Shown here in pieces: positions 15,997-22,359 of a DNA stretch of 22,359 nt. The position numbers were made by a program, and so were the translations under genes. Under the pieces are notes generated by a model. It had not been told where the DNA came from, made no database searches, and saw only the letters and a list, made by a program, of their open reading frames with translations. Numbering within the stretch: the stretch's first letter is position 1; each line of letters starts with the position of its first letter. This DNA comes from a phage. The stretch lies in assembly GCA_026686805.1 (NCBI GenBank), contig GCA_026686805.1_3949.2. One strand, 5' to 3'.

Positions 15997-18231
15997 CTAA
16001 ACACCACATCCCTCGCAATAAGCATCTTGCAGTGCAGATTTACCTACACCAATGCGACTGTTAAGGTAGTACATGGTTTTCATACCTACAGAGTTGGCAT
16101 AAATCATGTACTTCAAAGCTTGAGCCAATGATACCTTCTTAGACTTTGCATAGTCAACATAGAAGTCTGAAGAGATAGCTTGACCAGTGAACTTTTGAAC
16201 AATTGCATAACAATCAATCAGGTCAAAGGTGTCAATACCCCAAGCAATTTCATATACATACTTCAACTCTTCATAATCTGGAACAATAAACAGTACGTTA
16301 CCAGTTGCAGACTTTTTAGTTAAAATAAAGTCACGAATTGGGTACAAGCCATTTGTCGTATTAGTTGCTAGTGAAGAACTCTCATTAGGCATGTAAGCTT
16401 CTAATACAGAGTTTCGGATTCCACCATTTTCTTTGATACGCTGTGCTAAGTCATCCCAATCATATCGTAGTTTTGCATCATGCTTTTCATCAATCTTCTT
16501 GTTAGCTGTCTTTGGAGGAACCCAGCCTTCAGGATACTTAGTGAACTTCATGTACTCTGGAACGCCACGCTCTTTAGCAAGTCTCAGAGAGGCTTCATGT
16601 AGATAGTAAGAGTGCATCTCTGCAAGTTCATGAAGCTTCGTTTTACCTGCTCGTGAAGAGTAGTTCACGTAGTTCTTCGCAAGGTAATGAGCCACATTTG
16701 TAAGGCCAATCCCAACAGAACGACGCTTCTGAACATGGTTACGCATCGACGGATACGGATAATCCATAAGGTCAATAACGGAGTCAACCATTGCAAGAGC
16801 ATAATAAGCAACGTCAGCGTATTCATCTTCTGAAATTCTCCCTGCAACCAAACTAGCTAGGAAGCAAAGAGCCACCTCACCATCCTCTTTCACAGCATCG
16901 TCTCTGTAAAGGTCTGTCTCTTTCTCAAAACCATATACTGGCAACACAATTTCCATACAAAGATTTGACATCTTCAATGGTTCTTTAAATGGTGTATGTG
17001 TGTTTGCATTGTTAGTGAAGAATGGGTACACACGACCTGTAGCATAACGCTGTTGAATAAACAGCTTAGCAATTTCACGAGCCTTTACCCGTCTATGCTT
17101 AACACCTGAATGTACTGCATGACCAACTGCCATAGCAAACTCATCAGCAGATGCTGTGTAGAACATGTCATAGAGTTTTGGTGCATCTTTGTAAGAGAAT
17201 AGCAACCAATCTGTATCATACTGAACACACTGCCAGAAATAATCGTTTGTACCGAATGAGTAGTCCATCTCATTAATGCGTTTAGAAGGAACCGTTGTAG
17301 GGTGCTTCAAACGCAATAAATCTTCAATCTGCGGGTCTAGAGCAGTGTAGAAGTTATTAGCTGAACCACCACGACTCTTCTGTTTGTTTGCCTCTACAGA
17401 TGAACGTACAAGCTTGTAATAAGGTAGCTTACCCATGTGCTCAATCGTATTTTGACGGATACCATCACCAATAGTGCGAGTCTCCATCAGCATACCAATA
17501 CCAGCTTGCTTTGTAGTCATATCATAAGCAACCTTTGCAGCAATACCAAGTGATTCAGCAGTATCATTTGCCTTAATCAAACAGCATGACGCATAGCCTG
17601 ATTTAGTTGCTCTTAAACCGTTTAAATAAGGCGTAGGAGCGTTAATCTTCAGGTCAGATAGGTAAGTGTACAGCTTGATAACATCTTGCAGTCTACGGTG
17701 CTTTGGTTGCTTCTCAAAGGCTTTCATAGCCATACCCATAAACATAAATTGTGGTGACTCAAAAAGTCTTCCAGTTTTAATATCACGGATACCATACTTG
17801 TCTCTGAACTGTTTCAATACTGCATAGCCGTAAGAGATATCTTTTGAGTGTACGATGTAACCTTGCAGATATTCAAGCTCTTCCTGTGAATAATCCATCT
17901 TCTCCCAAAGTCCTGCTCTCTCCATATTTTTAACGAAGGTAATCAGCGTAGGAACCTTAGTAAAGCCTCCAAAGGCTTCTTTGTAGATAATCCCCAAAAG
18001 TAGCCGTCCAGCCATATCTGAGTACTCTTGAGTTTGTTTATCAACACAAACATCAATCATGGCTTGGTGCATCTCTTTTGTAGTGCAACCCTCGTAGACA
18101 CGCTTCATGGCTTCCATAGTGACTTCTGACCAGATAATTCCACGCTTGTCTGCCCATGATGCCCACTTATTCAGTCTTTCTGGGTCAAAGCTTACTACTG
18201 TACCGTTTGATTTTTTAATTGTCTTAATCAT
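15997..18231 (-). CDS. nrdA: Ribonucleotide reductase class Ia large (alpha) subunit, 744 aa
   Basis: ATG start confirmed. Catalytic-site motif SNLCMEI and C-terminal redox Cys pair (CEGCGV). Size and adjacency to nrdB fit NrdA. Contiguous frame, no intron or intein evident. Confidence 0.9.
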   Translation of the reverse strand: MIKTIKKSNGTVVSFDPERLNKWASWADKRGIIWSEVTMEAMKRVYEGCTTKEMHQAMIDVCVDKQTQEYSDMAGRLLLGIIYKEAFGGFTKVPTLITFVKNMERAGLWEKMDYSQEELEYLQGYIVHSKDISYGYAVLKQFRDKYGIRDIKTGRLFESPQFMFMGMAMKAFEKQPKHRRLQDVIKLYTYLSDLKINAPTPYLNGLRATKSGYASCCLIKANDTAESLGIAAKVAYDMTTKQAGIGMLMETRTIGDGIRQNTIEHMGKLPYYKLVRSSVEANKQKSRGGSANNFYTALDPQIEDLLRLKHPTTVPSKRINEMDYSFGTNDYFWQCVQYDTDWLLFSYKDAPKLYDMFYTASADEFAMAVGHAVHSGVKHRRVKAREIAKLFIQQRYATGRVYPFFTNNANTHTPFKEPLKMSNLCMEIVLPVYGFEKETDLYRDDAVKEDGEVALCFLASLVAGRISEDEYADVAYYALAMVDSVIDLMDYPYPSMRNHVQKRRSVGIGLTNVAHYLAKNYVNYSSRAGKTKLHELAEMHSYYLHEASLRLAKERGVPEYMKFTKYPEGWVPPKTANKKIDEKHDAKLRYDWDDLAQRIKENGGIRNSVLEAYMPNESSSLATNTTNGLYPIRDFILTKKSATGNVLFIVPDYEELKYVYEIAWGIDTFDLIDCYAIVQKFTGQAISSDFYVDYAKSKKVSLAQALKYMIYANSVGMKTMYYLNSRIGVGKSALQDAYCEGCGV

Positions 18232-18246
18232 TTTTAAATCCTACAG

Positions 18247-18271
18247 ATGAAAAGAGCCTCCGAAGAGGCTC
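18247..18271 (-). terminator. Intrinsic terminator hairpin with UUCG tetraloop (minus RNA GAGCCUC-UUCG-GAGGCUC followed by UUUUCAUCU)
   Basis: Plus 18254-18271 is gagcctc-cgaa-gaggctc, preceded on plus by an A-run. Lies between the 110-aa gene and the nrdA start. Confidence 0.6.
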
Positions 18272-18277
18272 CGTAGT

Positions 18278-18610
18278 TTAAATCTTGAAAATTTGCTCAT
18301 TCTGCCACATATCGTAAAACTTATCACTTACCTTTGTGACTGAAGATGTGTGCATACAATTGACGAACCATGATATATTATTGCTCATAATAATTTCAAG
18401 CTGTTTTGTGACATCAACATTCATGTCTTCAACAACATAATTACCTCGTATCTTGCAAACAACTCTTCCAAACAAGATTGCACTTCTCCCTCTTCGGTCA
18501 TCACAGTACATAACTGTGTCTCCGTGCTTAACGTCTTGTCCGATGCTGTCAACACCTAGCTTAACACCTGAGATAATGTCATCATAAGATAGCTTTTTTG
18601 CTTTAGACAC
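18278..18610 (-). CDS. Hypothetical protein (110 aa), apparent GTG start
   Basis: First codon at 18610..18608 is GTG, with GGAG 8 nt upstream; no in-frame ATG nearby. No recognisable motif. Confidence 0.45.
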   Translation of the reverse strand: MSKAKKLSYDDIISGVKLGVDSIGQDVKHGDTVMYCDDRRGRSAILFGRVVCKIRGNYVVEDMNVDVTKQLEIIMSNNISWFVNCMHTSSVTKVSDKFYDMWQNEQIFKI

Positions 18611-18926
18611 GGTATTTCTCCAAGTTTCTTTTTAGATACAACCAACCATAGTCAGTCCTTTCTACACCCATAAAGAGTGGAGCCATCACAACTTTACCGA
18701 AAGTATTCCTGTGTTGGCAGATTTCAAAGGAATACTCTTTCTCAATATCAATCCCGTATTTGTACAGGACTGCTTTTAAAACTTGTTCATTGTCCAGAAG
18801 TGTATCTGGAGTCTCACCATATTTTTCTAGTAACGGGTCATTCATAAACACCGTCATAGAAATATTGTAGTTTGAGAAGTGGCTCTTCTGAGCCACACCC
18901 TCTTTATTAATGTTCTGTGAATCCAT
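18603..18926 (-). CDS. Hypothetical protein (about 107 aa from ATG)
   Basis: Track start at 18935 is a TTG; ATG at 18926 (MDSQNINKEG...). Weak Shine-Dalgarno, so the start is uncertain. Confidence 0.45.
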   Translation of the reverse strand: MDSQNINKEGVAQKSHFSNYNISMTVFMNDPLLEKYGETPDTLLDNEQVLKAVLYKYGIDIEKEYSFEICQHRNTFGKVVMAPLFMGVERTDYGWLYLKRNLEKYRV

Positions 18927-19662
18927 TATAACCAACCCCTTTTAACCAGCACTTCAGGTTATTAGCATCATAATTCAGTTTCGGGTATGAGGTTACATGG
19001 AACTGCTCACCATCATAGTAGACAATATCTGCAATCCATAGTCCATTCTCTTTACAGAAATCTTTATCTGCTTTAGAGGTAATTGGATTAACTTCTACAA
19101 AACCATCTACACCCAAATCCTTTAAGCTACCTACAATACCTTTGCAGATAACGCATGTGTCAGATACTACCACAAAAAGTTCTTGGCTTTCAAGCTCTAC
19201 AATGTATTCACCAAGCTGCACTTTAGGGAGATTAGACTGTTTCATAATCTTCCCATCAGCTTCACGAACAATCGCATACCACTCTTTACCATCAACTACT
19301 GACATTCTAATAATACACTCTTGACCAGTGCGCTTTTCAATGTCTGCAAGACGTTTTAAAGCTTCTTCATAGTTATCTGTGTACTTCAGGTCATTATTAT
19401 GGCAAACAGCTTCCATAGCACCATTATGGTCATGTTGTGACAGATAAATCAAACCGTCAAGAACATATTGCAAATCTGCCTGAGCATCCAGTGTCTCAAT
19501 GGGGTCTTTCTCTTCAATTGCTTTTACAAGCTCTTTTGCTTCTTCAAGCATACATAGAGATTGAGATTTCAAAGATTCCCAATACTCATCACTGTAAGGT
19601 TGCTTTTGAGTTTTTCCACAACGAAGATTCCAGTTTTTTACTGATTCTCTTGAGTTAAACAT
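18907..19662 (-). CDS. MazG-like nucleotide pyrophosphohydrolase domain protein with C-terminal CxxC (thioredoxin-fold-like) extension, 251 aa
   Basis: ATG start confirmed, with AAGGAG 5 nt upstream. N-terminal half has MazG/HisE-like acidic helix motifs (LEEAKELVKAIEE ... DAQADLQYVLDGLIYL). C-terminal half has FVVVSDTCVICKGIVGSL, a redoxin-like CxxC after a beta-strand. Confidence 0.45.
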   Translation of the reverse strand: MFNSRESVKNWNLRCGKTQKQPYSDEYWESLKSQSLCMLEEAKELVKAIEEKDPIETLDAQADLQYVLDGLIYLSQHDHNGAMEAVCHNNDLKYTDNYEEALKRLADIEKRTGQECIIRMSVVDGKEWYAIVREADGKIMKQSNLPKVQLGEYIVELESQELFVVVSDTCVICKGIVGSLKDLGVDGFVEVNPITSKADKDFCKENGLWIADIVYYDGEQFHVTSYPKLNYDANNLKCWLKGVGYNGFTEH

Positions 19663-19886
19663 TCGGACTCCTTAAAATATCTGTTAACCTTTAGCTCTCG
19701 CGTTTCAATATATTCCAGATGCTCACGTAGCTCTTGACGTTTAAGCATTAGGTGCTGCATTTGAGATTCAACAGCTTCAACCTCTTTAATTATTGACTCT
19801 CTGGCATTTGCAAGAATGCGCTCAAGTTCTTCAATCTTGCTGTCAACTTTTGCTACATGACTCACAGCTTTACTTTTGTTAAACAT
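19638..19886 (-). CDS. Small coiled-coil protein (82 aa from ATG)
   Basis: Track start at 19901 is a TTG; ATG at 19886 (MFNKSKAV...). Sequence is rich in E/K/R/L heptad-like repeats. Confidence 0.45.
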   Translation of the reverse strand: MFNKSKAVSHVAKVDSKIEELERILANARESIIKEVEAVESQMQHLMLKRQELREHLEYIETRELKVNRYFKESECLTQENQ

Positions 19887-19907
19887 TTTATTCTCTCTCA
19901 ATAGTTA

Positions 19908-20405
19908 TTAAGCACAATTTGCTTTCATTACCTTATGGATTCTTTTTTCAGCATCTTCATAAGTTTCTTTAGTAATAAACTTAATTGCTGCAATATTGGC
20001 ATTGTAGAAGAGTCTGAGCTTCGAGTCAATCCTTTTTGTCATTACATCGAATTTATGTTGAAGGTTTGCTTCACCATAGACTAGGCCACCTTTTGTGTAG
20101 TAGGTTTGAATAATGTAAAAGTCAAAAAATTCTTTTCCAAAGCTCTCAATATCTTTTTTAATATACTCAGAAGAAGTCTCGTAAGTCATCCAATCACTTT
20201 CCTTAGTGACTACCTTCTTCCGAGTCTTACCAGCAACTTTTCTTTTGGTCACACTGTTAAGCTGTTTCTTTCCGATATAATATTGTCCAGTCTTCTTACA
20301 GTGTACTAAATAGACAAAGCCAAAATGTTTAGTGGGGTCAACTTCCCCACATAAAGATACCCAATGACCATAGGTGGGGCAATTGCCAAATCCTTTAATC
20401 TTCAT
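19908..20405 (-). CDS. GIY-YIG-like nuclease domain protein (165 aa)
   Basis: ATG start confirmed. FGFVYLVHCKKTGQYYIGKK matches the GIY-(x10-11)-YIG architecture; downstream basic stretch and conserved Glu/Asn candidates. Too short for a typical Seg-type homing endonuclease with DNA-binding domain. Confidence 0.45.
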   Translation of the reverse strand: MKIKGFGNCPTYGHWVSLCGEVDPTKHFGFVYLVHCKKTGQYYIGKKQLNSVTKRKVAGKTRKKVVTKESDWMTYETSSEYIKKDIESFGKEFFDFYIIQTYYTKGGLVYGEANLQHKFDVMTKRIDSKLRLFYNANIAAIKFITKETYEDAEKRIHKVMKANCA

Positions 20406-21435
20406 TCATACACGGCTCCCAATTATATTTCTTGAAAGAGAAATTATCTTTTGGATTTCTCTCTTGATATGCTATCCAGAAATGCTGTTCCATTAACTCT
20501 AACGGTGTCTTTGTAACAGTCTGTCCATCCCATGACACATAGGTATAAGAGTCTTTTTTAGCATAGAGTTCATAGATAGCGTCAAGACACTCTTTATAGG
20601 TCTCTTTACCATCTAAAGCATTCATCACAGCTACTTTTCCAGCACCTTTAAGGCCGAAGTAGTTGTCTGCATTATCTCCAGCAACAGCCTGATAGCACAA
20701 GAATTTAAAACCTACACCAACTGTTTTTGCAGCTTTTGGTTTTGACTTGATAGGGCAATCCCAGATATCACCAACATTATTGTCAGCAATAAAGATTAGT
20801 GGTGATTTTTCATAAGTCATATCAATACAATAAGTCCCTTCAGCTTGTCGAAGGTCTTTGTCAATACTCATAAGAGCAGCTTTCTTACCCATCTTTTCAG
20901 CTTTAGCGATTACGATTGAATCGGCTTCGAAGCCACCCTTTAAAAGTTTGAACTCTGGTCTTGACAGAAGATACTCACGACAAGCAACTAAGTGTGTTGG
21001 TGTGACAGCATCTTTACGGTTACCTTGATATTGGTGCTCAAGACCTTTAATGTCTTTATGTTTATGTACACCCTTCTCTGTTAAATAACCTACCCAAGTT
21101 CTTTCTTTACCAACAACCTTAAGCCATTCCTGAAGCACCTGTTGAGTAGCCATGATAGCTTCTTTTTCACTCTTGGCTTCTTTCCAAGTTTGTCTTTCCC
21201 ATTCATCTTCATCAAATGTCAGGCCAAGCTCTTCCACGAGGATTCTCTGGTCTGCTAACCATCTTGCAGCATCTTTTGCATTATCAAATGGTTCAGACTC
21301 TTCTGCTGTGAGTTTATTGATATATTTATATTTTGCTTTCTCAACTACACAAGCACCTTTATAGGCAATACTATCGGAGTCAATAAAGACATGTGTAACT
21401 GAATCTGGAAGTTTTGTTAGCGTATACTGCTCCAT
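20395..21435 (-). CDS. RNase H / 5'-3' flap exonuclease family protein (T4 rnh-like), 346 aa
   Basis: ATG start confirmed, with GGAGAG Shine-Dalgarno. HVFIDSDSIAYKG near the N-terminus and EADSIVIAKAE...ALMSIDKDLRQ resemble the acidic metal-site motifs I recall from T4 RNase H (EADDHIAVL...ISSDGDFTQ). Confidence 0.5.
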   Translation of the reverse strand: MEQYTLTKLPDSVTHVFIDSDSIAYKGACVVEKAKYKYINKLTAEESEPFDNAKDAARWLADQRILVEELGLTFDEDEWERQTWKEAKSEKEAIMATQQVLQEWLKVVGKERTWVGYLTEKGVHKHKDIKGLEHQYQGNRKDAVTPTHLVACREYLLSRPEFKLLKGGFEADSIVIAKAEKMGKKAALMSIDKDLRQAEGTYCIDMTYEKSPLIFIADNNVGDIWDCPIKSKPKAAKTVGVGFKFLCYQAVAGDNADNYFGLKGAGKVAVMNALDGKETYKECLDAIYELYAKKDSYTYVSWDGQTVTKTPLELMEQHFWIAYQERNPKDNFSFKKYNWEPCMNED

Positions 21436-21453
21436 TATGACTCTCCATATGAA

Positions 21454-21480
21454 AAAGCCCCATACTAAGTACAGGGCTTT
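21454..21480 (-). terminator. Weak terminator-like hairpin (minus RNA AAAGCCC-13 nt loop-GGGCUUU followed by UU)
   Basis: Plus 21454-21480 is aaagccc-catactaagtaca-gggcttt. Large loop and short GC stem. Lies between the acidic-tail gene and the RNase H-like gene. Confidence 0.35.
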
Positions 21481-21497
21481 AAAGTAACTTTTAGGGA

Positions 21498-22355
21498 TTA
21501 GTCTTCTGTATCGAAGTCTTCATCTTCTTCGTCATCTGGGTCTGGCAAGTCTTCATCGTCACCATCATCAGAATCATTCGAAGGTTTGTGGTCTTTTGCG
21601 TCTTCTTCAGTGATTTCACCATTATCTTCAACACCGTCAAGACCAAGCATAGCCAGTTCGTCTTCATCCAGTTCAGGTTCACCGTTAGCACCGTTACCAC
21701 CAGTGTAAGGTACAAGAGTATCAATGATAAACTGTTCCTGAATAGGTTTTGTCAGAACATTGTTCTCAAAAGTGTAGAAGTGAGTAGAAAGAATCACACT
21801 ACCAAAAGAACCGTTACCAACTGCAATGTCTGGATGAATTACATCATAGTTCTTGTCATCTTCATGTTTGTCAGATGTTTGAGCTTTGATTTTCTTCATC
21901 GGCTGTTTAACAGCTACGCGCTTACCATTTACTTCTTCAATCAGCATTACAGGGAATGACTGTTTAGCTGTCCACACAGCACCATCTTTATAAGCTGCTG
22001 CACGACTTACTTTCAAGATGTAGTAAGTGTCTGCTTCAAATGGTGGTTTGCAACCAAACTTCTCTTCGAAGTCATCTGCATCAACTGCTTCAGTAGTAAC
22101 TTTATCCCAACCTTCTGGGTTTTTCTTAGACTTAGTAAACTCTTTAAATAGTTTATTACCATCTTCTGCCAGAATTGAAACACTGTAGTTACAGTCTTTG
22201 CCTGGGAATTTCTTGTCAATGGATTTACCTTTTCCCGGACGTGGTGAAGTGTTCAGGTAATAAAACCAAACATCTTTCAGAAGGTAACGCAGAGTTTGAC
22301 GTTCAGTACCATTGTACTTCTCTACCGGAGCTTTCATTTTAACAACTTTAGACAT
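21498..22355 (-). CDS. Hypothetical protein with strongly acidic C-terminal tail (285 aa); possibly ssDNA-binding-like
   Basis: ATG start confirmed (Shine-Dalgarno would lie outside the window). C-terminal 60 residues are dominated by D/E (…DSDDGDDEDLPDPDDEEDEDFDTED), as in phage SSB-type proteins; no zinc motif seen. Confidence 0.4.
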   Translation of the reverse strand: MSKVVKMKAPVEKYNGTERQTLRYLLKDVWFYYLNTSPRPGKGKSIDKKFPGKDCNYSVSILAEDGNKLFKEFTKSKKNPEGWDKVTTEAVDADDFEEKFGCKPPFEADTYYILKVSRAAAYKDGAVWTAKQSFPVMLIEEVNGKRVAVKQPMKKIKAQTSDKHEDDKNYDVIHPDIAVGNGSFGSVILSTHFYTFENNVLTKPIQEQFIIDTLVPYTGGNGANGEPELDEDELAMLGLDGVEDNGEITEEDAKDHKPSNDSDDGDDEDLPDPDDEEDEDFDTED

Positions 22356-22359
22356 TATT

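Noticed and set aside
15942-16025. The extended N-terminus of the 113-aa track ORF between nrdA and nrdB
   Set aside because: It would overlap the nrdA 3' end by 29 nt and be translated through a perfect 7-bp hairpin; an internal ATG with a GGAGAG Shine-Dalgarno sits just past the hairpin.
11980-18231. Group I introns or inteins in nrdA, nrdB or nrdD, as occur in T4
   Set aside because: All three reading frames are contiguous with conserved motifs in the expected order and plausible total lengths. No intervening stop-rich segment or intein-sized insertion is visible.
21323-21330. tatttata on the plus strand (TATAAATA on the minus strand), the T4 late-promoter consensus
   Set aside because: It lies inside the RNase H-like coding sequence, is a single occurrence, and the octamer is expected by chance in AT-rich DNA. 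I could not scan the whole window exhaustively by eye.
21491-21724. Minus-strand ORFs nested inside longer genes in other frames (21491..21724, 22013..22219, 16665..16847, 17085..17273, 7594..7776)
   Set aside because: Fully contained within the acidic-tail gene, nrdA or the NAMPT-like gene; alternative-frame artefacts.
476-22219. All plus-strand ORFs in the track (for example 476..736, 2563..2907, 6542..7069 at 175 aa, 21588..21959 at 123 aa)
   Set aside because: Each lies antisense within a longer minus-strand gene that has recognisable motifs, has low-complexity or Cys/Phe-rich composition typical of shadow ORFs in AT-rich DNA, and lacks a Shine-Dalgarno. No plus-strand gene could be supported.
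1-22359. tRNA genes, CRISPR arrays, transposases, integrases or attachment-site repeats
   Set aside because: Intergenic gaps are all under 100 nt and are occupied by hairpins or Shine-Dalgarno sequences. No direct-repeat arrays and no recombinase-like ORF. Nothing supports a mobile element or integrated prophage boundary in this window.

Overview
This window reads as a densely packed, AT-rich bacteriophage segment in which every credible gene is on the minus strand; gene content points to a virulent myovirus, either T4-superfamily or Felix-O1-like, but that lineage is inferred from gene content only. All calls come from reading the ORF track and hand-translating around starts and gaps; no searches were run. 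Genes I recognise from motifs: rIIB and rIIA, a full ribonucleotide reductase set (aerobic nrdA/nrdB, anaerobic nrdD/nrdG, and a small glutaredoxin-like redoxin), an RNase H / flap-endonuclease-like protein, a small GIY-YIG-like nuclease, a MazG-like pyrophosphohydrolase with a CxxC C-terminal domain, a secreted lytic-transglycosylase-like protein and a HAD-like hydrolase. The most interesting locus is a four-gene unit bounded by two hairpin terminators (9990 down to 6404) that ends in a PRPP-synthetase-like gene followed by a nicotinamide-phosphoribosyltransferase-like gene. That pairing, with no NMN adenylyltransferase in the window, matches what I recall of the phage NAD+ reconstitution pathway NARP1 (Adps + Namat), a counter-defence against NAD+-depleting immunity. 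Regulatory structure visible by eye: a recurring family of GC-stem hairpins with UUCG or UACG tetraloops followed by U-tracts on the minus-strand RNA, a second hairpin family (GGGGC-loop-GCCCC) without U-tracts, three sigma70-like promoter candidates, and many ATGA-type gene overlaps. Several track ORFs begin at TTG or GTG; I moved those starts to an internal ATG with a better Shine-Dalgarno where one exists. Three small ORFs absent from the track were found by hand translation. No tRNA, rRNA, CRISPR array, transposase or intron/intein was seen.
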